From a virus (taxonomy: Duplodnaviria; Caudoviricetes): a DNA stretch of 36,076 nucleotides. Shown here in pieces: positions 28,288-36,076 of the stretch. Numbering within the stretch: the stretch's first letter is position 1; every line of letters begins with the position of its first letter. The notes below the pieces were generated by a model. The model did no database searches. It saw only the letters and a list, made by a program, of their open reading frames with translations, and was not told the origin of the DNA. The position numbers were made by a program, and so were the translations under genes. The DNA lies in IMG/VR virus record IMGVR_UViG_3300025654_000023, positions 1 to 36,076 of that record. The stretch is one strand, 5' to 3'.

Positions 28288-30143
28288 TGAAAAAGATGAA
28301 CAATTTGGCAAGCCAAAGCCAAGCTACAAGCAATAACACAACTAAATTATATCACATCGTATTGAAAGAAGGTGTAGATAAAAACTTGTACTTTAACAAA
28401 GTCACTTCTGTTGTAAAACCCCTCAATGACCAACCTGAGACTTTCAAAGCTTTATGTACTAAAGAACAGGCAAAAACTTTATGGGGAGACCCTCAAGTAA
28501 AATGTGCAGTAGATACAGATAAAGTAACAGACAGTGTTTCTGAGCTAGTTACAAAACAAGTCGTTGTTAAGCGTCTATCAAAAGAACACGTTGGTGAACC
28601 ACCTGTAGTTGATGGAGGTTGGGATTATGCAGGTAATTGGGGCTTAATCAGACACTCTAGTCGTACAAACAACATAACCACAAACAATGTGAAGAGCACA
28701 GAGACGTTCTCGTCCAATTATGATGGCACAGGTGTAGATTTAATTCTATTAGGTCGCTCCCAACTAACTGCCGATGATACAGAATTTATGAAAGCTGACG
28801 GCTCTTCAAGACTCCAGCAGTTTCAGTGGAATAGTTTAGACGGGTTGAGCGATCTACCCGCTATAGATTATACTTTTGTTGAGAATAATATTCACACTCA
28901 TTCTGAGTTTGTTCTATATTGTGCCGCTGGTAATACTTATGGTTGGGCAACAGGGGCAAACGTCTATGTCTGGCCCACAGAAACAATGAATGCGGGTGGT
29001 ATAAATACTTGGGACTCCTTCGGACATATTCAAAAGTTCCACGAAACTAAGATAGCAGCGGGCAATACTCGCCCTACCGTACTTGTTTGTTCATTAGGTA
29101 TGAAAAACGATCTTGATCAGGAAGATGGTCTTATGCAAGGGCTAGTGCTTCGAGATAAGGTATACACAAATATAAGTCCTTCAGGTTCGGGTGATGCCCA
29201 TGTATCTAGTGTAAATAAAAACACAAACGGTTCCTTTCCTAGAATGGCCTCACACGTTATTGGTTATTATGCTAATGAGGACGAAAAACCTGAGCTTTTT
29301 GCTGCTATTGATAGTAAAGACCATGCTGCTGTCAAGGCTATTTTAGATGACCCCTCAGAAAACCCTTACCATGTTTTAGGTGCAGGAAAATGTCAAGCCA
29401 TGATGGACGCTGGTGTGCATTATGTAAAAGCAGCGGGCAATTCTTCAGAAAGTGTAGTGAATCTGGGGCATCCTGATTATAATAACTGCCATATAGGTAT
29501 GTGGACTGATACTAATGAATACTTTGCAGATAGACGTTATATAGCTTCAAACTCCAGACCAGATGGGCTACTGGGCTGTCCTGACTCAATCAATGTTGGG
29601 GCTTTGTCTTCTGATATGATGCACAACGAAGGCCAAGAAAAATTAGCAGGTTTTAGTGTTCGAGGTGTAGGTATTGATTGTGTGGCTGTGGGAGAAGATC
29701 TAATGCTTACTTCTCACTCTCGTTCTGCGGTGTATGCAGATTCGCCATCATTAGACGGCGGCCCTTATCTTGTACTTACATCGGGAACTTCCTTCGCTTC
29801 TCCTCAGATAGCTGGAATGGCTTGTTTAGTTTTAGAAAAATACCCAACAACTACACCTAAACAAATGAAGAGGTATTTTAGGTATATCGCTGTTGGTACT
29901 GATAAACTTTTAGATGCTTATCCAACCGACTTAGCCGAGTCTACTAAGTATGGAGATGCGCCTTATTATTCTTCAGCAGGTTTACACGGCTACTCAGGCA
30001 ACATCGCTTATTTAGACCCCACTCTTGACTTTGATCCAACATCTTTGGAGGATACTTCTATTAACTACCCTACGGTGACTGTCACGGATACGTCCTTAAA
30101 TCACACAGTAGCACAAGTTAATACTAAATTAAGCGGTATATAA
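28287..30143 (+). CDS. Subtilisin-like (S8) protein 1, tail module
   Basis: DGTGVD, H...GNTYGWA, AAGNS, INVGAL, FSVRG and SGTSFASPQIAG motifs; N-terminal segment resembles an I9 propeptide. Confidence 0.85.
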   Translation: MKKMNNLASQSQATSNNTTKLYHIVLKEGVDKNLYFNKVTSVVKPLNDQPETFKALCTKEQAKTLWGDPQVKCAVDTDKVTDSVSELVTKQVVVKRLSKEHVGEPPVVDGGWDYAGNWGLIRHSSRTNNITTNNVKSTETFSSNYDGTGVDLILLGRSQLTADDTEFMKADGSSRLQQFQWNSLDGLSDLPAIDYTFVENNIHTHSEFVLYCAAGNTYGWATGANVYVWPTETMNAGGINTWDSFGHIQKFHETKIAAGNTRPTVLVCSLGMKNDLDQEDGLMQGLVLRDKVYTNISPSGSGDAHVSSVNKNTNGSFPRMASHVIGYYANEDEKPELFAAIDSKDHAAVKAILDDPSENPYHVLGAGKCQAMMDAGVHYVKAAGNSSESVVNLGHPDYNNCHIGMWTDTNEYFADRRYIASNSRPDGLLGCPDSINVGALSSDMMHNEGQEKLAGFSVRGVGIDCVAVGEDLMLTSHSRSAVYADSPSLDGGPYLVLTSGTSFASPQIAGMACLVLEKYPTTTPKQMKRYFRYIAVGTDKLLDAYPTDLAESTKYGDAPYYSSAGLHGYSGNIAYLDPTLDFDPTSLEDTSINYPTVTVTDTSLNHTVAQVNTKLSGI

Positions 30144-30170
30144 ATTTTAAATTAAACAAAGGAAACACAA

Positions 30171-30437
30171 ATGACACAATTATCAAATGATAACACTCCA
30201 TACAACCCTAAGATGGGTGATGGGTCACGAGGTTTAGTTCAGTTTGTAAAAGGAAGCTCTGATGGTTATCTTTATGGTAGCTTAAACGGAGCTGACTACG
30301 TACTGATACACACCTTTGCTGAAAGTGAAATGAAAGAACTAGCTCTACCGCCTTTTGTTCTTATTGGGGGTAGTGCCACAGACCCCGCAGTTGACTTAGG
30401 TGCTACTTCAAAGGCTTATCTTAGTGAGACGAGGTAG
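30171..30437 (+). CDS. Hypothetical tail-module protein
   Basis: AAGGA RBS; 88 aa. Confidence 0.75.
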   Translation: MTQLSNDNTPYNPKMGDGSRGLVQFVKGSSDGYLYGSLNGADYVLIHTFAESEMKELALPPFVLIGGSATDPAVDLGATSKAYLSETR

Positions 30438-30439
30438 AT

Positions 30440-31036
30440 ATGGCTCTTATTAAAGATGTAGTCCAACCGTTTGTAATTGATCCTATACATGCTGTAATGC
30501 CTTTAACTCCCTCACCTCGTGGTGGGGGTTTTTATAACCAAATGGCCGCTAATACTAGCTCTCTTATAGACTCTACAACTGTAACAAGTGGCACTGCTAA
30601 CATATTTGGAAACATTTATTCAGGGTACGGCTCAGGTTATCAAAGTTACCACGGCTCAAGAAGTCCATCCACTATCGATCTAGCTGATGGTGTTACGCAC
30701 GGTGTTGAAGCAATGCGTCAACATAACAACAAGTTTGAATTTACGTTAGGGGCTAACTCATCTCAATATGCAGGCGCTCTTGACCCAGCAGGTGGTGTTA
30801 CTAACTCAGACGCAGCAGCATTTAAGACAATTAAGCTGTACAACGTTACGGGTGGCGGTGCTGGATACTTAGTGCTTACCCTTGAGAGGGAAGACATACC
30901 TTACAGTCCGTATACTAAAACAGGTTTTTATGACGGCACTACACAAAGTCTTAAATTCCCTTCATGGAAACAAACAACGGGTGAGCTAGGTGATTACTTT
31001 GCTAACCAAATAATAAGAGTAGAACTCTGGAGTTAA
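30440..31036 (+). CDS. Hypothetical Gly/Ser/Thr/Tyr-rich protein, possible receptor-binding module
   Basis: GAGG RBS; beta-rich composition; within the tail module. Confidence 0.7.
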   Translation: MALIKDVVQPFVIDPIHAVMPLTPSPRGGGFYNQMAANTSSLIDSTTVTSGTANIFGNIYSGYGSGYQSYHGSRSPSTIDLADGVTHGVEAMRQHNNKFEFTLGANSSQYAGALDPAGGVTNSDAAAFKTIKLYNVTGGGAGYLVLTLEREDIPYSPYTKTGFYDGTTQSLKFPSWKQTTGELGDYFANQIIRVELWS

Positions 31037-31037
31037 T

Positions 31038-31559
31038 ATGGCACATTCAGTAAGAAAATTAACCAGTGTCTCTTCAGATGATATTACTCGTTTGTTTGAG
31101 GACTGTAAAACTAAAATACTAGAAGGTACTTTACCCTTTGATGGTACGCCTACGGAAGCGGATGCAGCGGTATACTTTAACATAGGTATTCCTAACGTCC
31201 TTGCGTTACCTCAAGGTGAAGTCTTTGGTTACTTTAAAGATGATCACCTGTGCTTTATACGTTATGCTTTAGTCACTGATGGTGTCTTAGAGCAGTCTTA
31301 CTACCTTGCAGGAAACGATGCAGAAGGTAGCAGGGCTTACTTATATTCACAAGAGTTTGCTGATGCGCTTAAAGCGTACTACCAAGCTAACTTTACATCA
31401 GTAGACTCGTGGGCAATCGCTGGTAAATCTACAGCTACCTATGAAGAGGACGTACTAAAACCTAACCTATACGAGACAGCAGGAGTTAGTTACGTCAAAG
31501 AAGACTTAACTGATCCAGTGTCTAATATAACTTACGAAAAACGCACGATTACTTTTTAG
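31038..31559 (+). CDS. Hypothetical protein (possible degenerate GNAT fold)
   Basis: GGAG RBS; 173 aa; the fold guess comes from sequence pattern only. Confidence 0.65.
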   Translation: MAHSVRKLTSVSSDDITRLFEDCKTKILEGTLPFDGTPTEADAAVYFNIGIPNVLALPQGEVFGYFKDDHLCFIRYALVTDGVLEQSYYLAGNDAEGSRAYLYSQEFADALKAYYQANFTSVDSWAIAGKSTATYEEDVLKPNLYETAGVSYVKEDLTDPVSNITYEKRTITF

Positions 31560-31571
31560 AGGTAACTCATT

Positions 31572-32177
31572 ATGACTAAGGCAAGAACCTTAGCGGATTA
31601 TGTACCGTTTGATCCAACGGGGTTGCTTACGAGCGACTCTGCTTTAGACGCAACAAAACTTACAGGCGATCTACCAGCTCTTGATGGGTCGGCACTGACT
31701 GGCTTAGACACTGGTGAAAGACTTACCCACGCATCTTGGTGGTATCTAACTGAGGACTTTTCAGACTCGGCAGTCCCAATAACTTCTAATTTATCAGAGG
31801 GTATAGCAATGGGAAGCCCTATGATAGAAACTTCAGGTGTCTTCACATTCCCTTCAACAGGGATTTGGCATGTACATTTTCACTGTGGTTGGTTTGGGAG
31901 TACTGATCAAGCAGAGTGGCTAAACGCACGAATACGACACACGGCTGATGGTCAGCTTTCGTGGCAAGGTATAGCTTCTGGCACATCTACAATCCAAAAA
32001 ACATCGACAGGTACTCAAGCTACTGTTGATACGATTATTAATGTAACAGATGTAACTAACCATAAAGTTGCTTTTGCTTCGGAGGTAGAAGAAGTAACCA
32101 TAACAACAAGGGGTGCTAGTGGCAGCCCTAAACATACATATATGACTTTTATCCGCTTAGGCGATGCCGTCGAATAA
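31572..32177 (+). CDS. Tail fibre-like protein with C1q-like head
   Basis: MTKARTLAD N-terminus, LPALDGSALTGL and SGVFTFPSTGIW motifs, as seen in marine phage fibre proteins. Confidence 0.7.
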   Translation: MTKARTLADYVPFDPTGLLTSDSALDATKLTGDLPALDGSALTGLDTGERLTHASWWYLTEDFSDSAVPITSNLSEGIAMGSPMIETSGVFTFPSTGIWHVHFHCGWFGSTDQAEWLNARIRHTADGQLSWQGIASGTSTIQKTSTGTQATVDTIINVTDVTNHKVAFASEVEEVTITTRGASGSPKHTYMTFIRLGDAVE

Positions 32178-32185
32178 AGGACAAC

Positions 32186-32207
32186 ACATGGACGACCTAA
32201 AACAACA
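32186..32207 (+). repeat. Degenerate direct repeat of the 5' end of the gene at 33964
   Basis: ACATGGACGACCTAAAACAACA vs ACATGGACGATTTGAGACAACA (33962-33983), 18/22 identical; MDDLKQ vs MDDLRQ. Confidence 0.75.
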
Positions 32208-32225
32208 AACAATTAGGAGCGCTTA

Positions 32226-33962
32226 ATGAAAAAGTTTCATTTAATATTTAAGAAAGAAGTCGAAAAAGAAGCCTACATAATTAAAGTTTCTAATGTGCTC
32301 GATTTTTGCAAACACCAAAAGAAAATAATGGATGTTGAAGCCACAGAGGAGCAAGTGAAGCTTCTTAAAAAAGACCCAAATGTCCTAGATTTGTTACCTG
32401 AAGAATTTTGGCTAACCGAAGTGAATGAAGCCACAAAAGATGTTTATTACAACAGACCTTCATGGAACAACGAAAAATTTGAAACTGATTTCGGTAATTG
32501 GGGCTTAATTAGACATTCGAGTTTAACTGACGTGGGTACTAGCGATACACCAGTCACAGCAACGTATGAATATAATTACGATGGCTCAGGGGTTGATATT
32601 ATATTAAACATAGCCTCAGTCTTAAACCGCAATGATCCTGAATTTAAAACAGGTGGGGTTAGTAGGCTCCAACAGTTCCAATGGAATACTTTAGCTGATT
32701 TTGAAGATCTTCCTACTATAGATTATAGCAGGACAGGGCAGGGGGTGTCTAAGAATGTTGGCATAGACGACCACGCTGAATCCGTTTCGTATTGCGCTGT
32801 AAGTAACACTTATGGTTGGGCAACAGGGGCTACCGTATACATATACCCTAGAGATCAAATGGATGCGGCTGGAAAATCCTTAAGAAGTTATGGTTGGCAA
32901 GCTATGCAAAAATTCCATGAAACCAAGGGTAATAATCGACCAACCCTAGTCATAGATGCAATAGGCTACTCTGCCACGAATATTATTGGCCACTATGCTG
33001 AGAACATTTTTTATAGAGGTACAACTTATACATCTGTCGCTCCTGCTGGCGCTTCTGAACAAAAAGTTCCACTTATGGCGGAAGCTGGTAGTGGGAAAGA
33101 ATTTGGGATGCCACACTCGAACAGCTACACCTCAACTGGATTTGTATCTGACCCTGATGAACTCATTCCACAGATGACTGACGTAGAGAAAAGAGCGTTC
33201 TTCGAGGATGATGTCAATAATATTTATTATGGTCTTTATGGCGAAGGTATTGATAATATGGTAGCTGCGGGTGTACATCATGTAACATCAGCAGGTAATA
33301 ATTCAGATGCTTCCCACTTAAAAGGCCACCCTGATTATGCTAATAACTATAAAAGAGTTGCAGATGTAACAACTGATGGCGTTCATACAAGATACTTTTG
33401 GTATATGCTGCATGGCAGGGGTAATCCAACCTATGAGGGTGATACAATAGTGGTTGGTGCTTTGGCACAATCATCCAGTGCTGAAGGTTTTGATGGTAAA
33501 GAACACTTTGCACAGTTTTCTACCAGAGGTTCTAGAGTGGACGCTTGTGCTGCTGGAGATAACATTAGGCTTAATATGTATTCTAATGGAGAATATATTG
33601 CTAATGGCACATCTTTTGCAAGCCCTAACGTAGGAGGCATGGCAGCGCTTGTACTTGGAAAGTATCCAACAACTACTACTAAACAATTAAGACGGTATTT
33701 CAGGGAACAAGCTGTTGGTACAGACAAGCTACACGAAGGAAATGAAAATTTAGCTCCAAGTTCTAAATATGGTGATCCACTGTGGTTTGCTCAATCAGGT
33801 GGTTTTGGTTACTCAAATAACATTGCTTATTTAGATCCTGATTTAACCTTTGATCCTACAACGCTTCCTGACACAGCCATTGCGGATTATGTTCCAACTA
33901 CTTCGGATATTCACTTAAATTACACAGTAGATGAGATTAATACGAAATTAGGGGCAATTTAA
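32226..33962 (+). CDS. Subtilisin-like (S8) protein 2, paralog of 28287..30143
   Basis: Shares GNWGLIRHSS, SRLQQFQWN, NTYGWATGA, AGN, GTSFASP and KYPTTT with protein 1. Confidence 0.85.
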   Translation: MKKFHLIFKKEVEKEAYIIKVSNVLDFCKHQKKIMDVEATEEQVKLLKKDPNVLDLLPEEFWLTEVNEATKDVYYNRPSWNNEKFETDFGNWGLIRHSSLTDVGTSDTPVTATYEYNYDGSGVDIILNIASVLNRNDPEFKTGGVSRLQQFQWNTLADFEDLPTIDYSRTGQGVSKNVGIDDHAESVSYCAVSNTYGWATGATVYIYPRDQMDAAGKSLRSYGWQAMQKFHETKGNNRPTLVIDAIGYSATNIIGHYAENIFYRGTTYTSVAPAGASEQKVPLMAEAGSGKEFGMPHSNSYTSTGFVSDPDELIPQMTDVEKRAFFEDDVNNIYYGLYGEGIDNMVAAGVHHVTSAGNNSDASHLKGHPDYANNYKRVADVTTDGVHTRYFWYMLHGRGNPTYEGDTIVVGALAQSSSAEGFDGKEHFAQFSTRGSRVDACAAGDNIRLNMYSNGEYIANGTSFASPNVGGMAALVLGKYPTTTTKQLRRYFREQAVGTDKLHEGNENLAPSSKYGDPLWFAQSGGFGYSNNIAYLDPDLTFDPTTLPDTAIADYVPTTSDIHLNYTVDEINTKLGAI

Positions 33963-33963
33963 C

Positions 33964-34188
33964 ATGGACGATTTGAGACAACACGTTGACCGCCTTGAGT
34001 GGCGAGTCGATGCACATGACGAACAGTTAAGAACTCTCACAGCTCAAGCTGAGGGTCTTAGAAGTATGCTCGACAGTATTAACCGAACCTTAATGCAAAT
34101 TAAGTGGTTAGTAGTGGGAGGAGCTGTTGTTTACTTTGCACAGGAGATGGGATTTTCACAATTCATTAAAGTTATCGGAGGCATATGA
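33964..34188 (+). CDS. Coiled-coil plus single-TM protein (holin/XhlA-like)
   Basis: Heptad-like N-terminus and hydrophobic WLVVGGAVVYFA; adjacent to the holin. Confidence 0.6.
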   Translation: MDDLRQHVDRLEWRVDAHDEQLRTLTAQAEGLRSMLDSINRTLMQIKWLVVGGAVVYFAQEMGFSQFIKVIGGI

Positions 34189-34577
34189 TCGGTATAACAG
34201 ATTTAATAGCAGGCATCTTTAAACCTGCTGCTGACCTAGTTGACAAACTCCACACCAGCGATGATGAACGCTTGCGAGCCAAAGGGCATCTTTTAGATGT
34301 CCAAGCGGCTGCAATGCAACGTGTATTTGATTACGAAACAGAGATGATCAAAGGGCAGCAAGCTATAGTGTCCTCAGAGGCTAAGAGTGAGCATCTCATC
34401 GTTGCTGCATGGCGACCAATAACAATGCTTACCTTCTTAGTACTTGCCGTAGGGGACTCTCTAGGGCTTCTAGCAACACCTCTCAGAGATGAAGCTTGGA
34501 TGCTATTACAACTTGGCATTGGTGGTTACGTTGTAGGCAGAAGTGGAGAGAAGATAGCGAAAGTAATGAAAGGATAA
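34185..34577 (+). CDS. Holin (GTA 3TM-holin-like)
   Basis: EAKSEH...WRP motif, hydrophobic segments, and C-terminal GGYVVGRSGEK. Confidence 0.8.
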   Translation: MIGITDLIAGIFKPAADLVDKLHTSDDERLRAKGHLLDVQAAAMQRVFDYETEMIKGQQAIVSSEAKSEHLIVAAWRPITMLTFLVLAVGDSLGLLATPLRDEAWMLLQLGIGGYVVGRSGEKIAKVMKG

Positions 34578-34579
34578 AT

Positions 34580-34783
34580 ATGAAAGATTTACTAACTGAG
34601 TTACACGACAATGTAACCAAACAATTATTATTAAGAGTCAAGTCAGGAGAAGCTACGTCAGCGGAGTTATCAGTTGCCGTTAAGTTTCTTAAAGACAACG
34701 GAGCAAGTAATGACATTATTACTGCTGAGTCTCCTATGGCAAGTTTACTTACTTCATTGCCCTTTGAAGAGGCTACACACTAA
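34580..34783 (+). CDS. Terminase small subunit (T7 gp18-like)
   Basis: LHD...LL.RVKSGEAT.AEL.VAVKFLKDNG...LPF; AAGGA RBS before ATG 34580. Confidence 0.88.
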   Translation: MKDLLTELHDNVTKQLLLRVKSGEATSAELSVAVKFLKDNGASNDIITAESPMASLLTSLPFEEATH

Positions 34784-35010
34784 TGAGCGAAAGAGACTAC
34801 AAAGCAGAGTACGAAAACTATCATAAGAAACCTGAGCAGCGCAGACGAAACGACAAGCGCAAGCAAGCTAGACGTAACATGGTAAAGAAGCATGGCAAAC
34901 TAGCAATTAAAGGTAAAGATATAGATCATAAAGATCGCAACCCACATAATAACGCTTATAGCAACCTTCGCATCTCAAGTGTGAAGAGTAACAGGAGTCG
35001 TAATGGATAA
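34783..35010 (+). CDS. Small HNH endonuclease-like protein
   Basis: DIDHKDRNPHNN..SNLR.....NR motif; lies between the terminase genes. Confidence 0.8.
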   Translation: MSERDYKAEYENYHKKPEQRRRNDKRKQARRNMVKKHGKLAIKGKDIDHKDRNPHNNAYSNLRISSVKSNRSRNG

Positions 35011-36076
35011 AGTACCAGAGCAGCTCAAAGATTTCCGAAACTTCATGTATATAGTTTGGAAGCACTTAGCCCTGCCTGATCCTACTCCTGTTCAATATGA
35101 TATGGCTGACTTCATCCAGAATTGTCCTCGTAGATCAATCATCGAGGCTTTTCGGGGTGTAGGTAAGTCCTATATCACCGCTGCGTTTGTCGTGCACCAA
35201 TTACTTCTTGATCCCCAAAAGAAGTTTATGGTTGTGTCGGCCTCTAAACAGAGAGCTGACGATTTCTCGACATTCACTCAACGTCTAATCTTAGAACTCC
35301 CAATATGCCAACATCTCATAGCAACAAGTGAGCAAAGGTGGAGTAAGATAGCGTTTGATGTAAGACCCGCACTGGCTAGTGGTAGCCCTTCTGTTAAATC
35401 AGTCGGTATTACTGGCCAGTTGACGGGCAGTCGGGCAGATATTATCATTGCAGATGACATCGAAGTACCTAATAACTCTATGACTCAGATGATGAGAGAG
35501 AAACTAGGTGAAGCTGTAAAGGAGTTTGACGCTGTACTAAAACCAGAAGGGAAGATCCTCTATCTGGGTACACCACAGTGTGAAATGAGTCTTTATAACA
35601 CTCTAACTGAGCGTGGATACCACCTAAGAGTGTGGCCAGCACGTTACCCTACAGTGGAATACGCTGAGAAAGCCTACGGAGCACGTTTAGCACCTACCCT
35701 ATGGGAAGCTATGCACGAGGCAAAGGAGCCCTTAGACGGACAACCAGTAGATCCTCTGCGATTTGACGATGATGACCTCTTAGAAAGGGAGTTATCTTAC
35801 GGCAGATCAGGCTTTGCACTCCAGTTTATGCTCGATACGTCCATGAGTGACACGGATAGATACCCTCTAAAGCTATCAGATTTGATGGTTATGGCTGTTG
35901 ATAAAGATCAAGCCCCTGAGAAGCTCGTGTATGGCGTTTTCAAGGAGATTAAAGACCTCCCTAATGTTGGCCTTAGTGGTGATAAGTTCTACGCACCGGA
36001 GGCCACTGTGGGAGCCTACGTGGACTATGACGGTTCTGTACTGGTAATAGATCCATCTGGTAGAGGTCAGGATGAA
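35003..36076 (+). CDS. Terminase large subunit (T7 gp19-like), truncated by window end
   Basis: Manual translation MDKVPEQLKDFRNF...AFRGVGKS...GSRADIIIADD...YLGTPQ...IDPSGRGQDE; AGGAG RBS. Confidence 0.95.
   Translation, partial: MDKVPEQLKDFRNFMYIVWKHLALPDPTPVQYDMADFIQNCPRRSIIEAFRGVGKSYITAAFVVHQLLLDPQKKFMVVSASKQRADDFSTFTQRLILELPICQHLIATSEQRWSKIAFDVRPALASGSPSVKSVGITGQLTGSRADIIIADDIEVPNNSMTQMMREKLGEAVKEFDAVLKPEGKILYLGTPQCEMSLYNTLTERGYHLRVWPARYPTVEYAEKAYGARLAPTLWEAMHEAKEPLDGQPVDPLRFDDDDLLERELSYGRSGFALQFMLDTSMSDTDRYPLKLSDLMVMAVDKDQAPEKLVYGVFKEIKDLPNVGLSGDKFYAPEATVGAYVDYDGSVLVIDPSGRGQDE

Noticed and set aside
34783-35010. HNH gene as part of an intron or mobile element in terminase
   Set aside because: It lies between intact, overlapping terminase genes with no room for intron structure.
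724-35460. All minus-strand ORFs and short alternative-frame ORFs in the track
   Set aside because: They are shadows of well-supported + strand genes, with no recognisable motifs.
1-36076. Integrase, tRNA, CRISPR array, reverse transcriptase/DGR, terminal repeats
   Set aside because: None recognised by eye; the genome ends lie outside the window, so lifestyle and host cannot be fixed.

Overview
Most of the genome of a T7-like podovirus (Autographiviridae-type), with all credible genes on the + strand and both ends truncated. Gene order: small early ORFs; a single-subunit RNA polymerase broken into two ORFs with an ATGA overlap; SSB, endonuclease I, primase-helicase, family A DNA polymerase, an Hjc-like nuclease and exonuclease; a nucleotide cassette (DUF3310, MazG, class II RNR); portal, a T4-type lysozyme, scaffold, capsid, tail tubes A/B and internal virion proteins; an unusual tail module; two holin-like genes, small terminase, HNH and a partial large terminase. 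The main leads are: (1) a short tail-fibre protein and two subtilisin-like proteins that all end in the same 15-residue motif, suggesting virion-displayed proteases on a shared docking module, and both proteases lack the canonical catalytic Asp; (2) the RNA polymerase split, which may be a real two-subunit enzyme or a 1-nt error; (3) an insertion scar flanking the second protease; (4) a muramidase gene inside the head module; (5) a repeated putative phage promoter and a structured capsid leader. All family calls come from motif recognition by eye, with no database searches.
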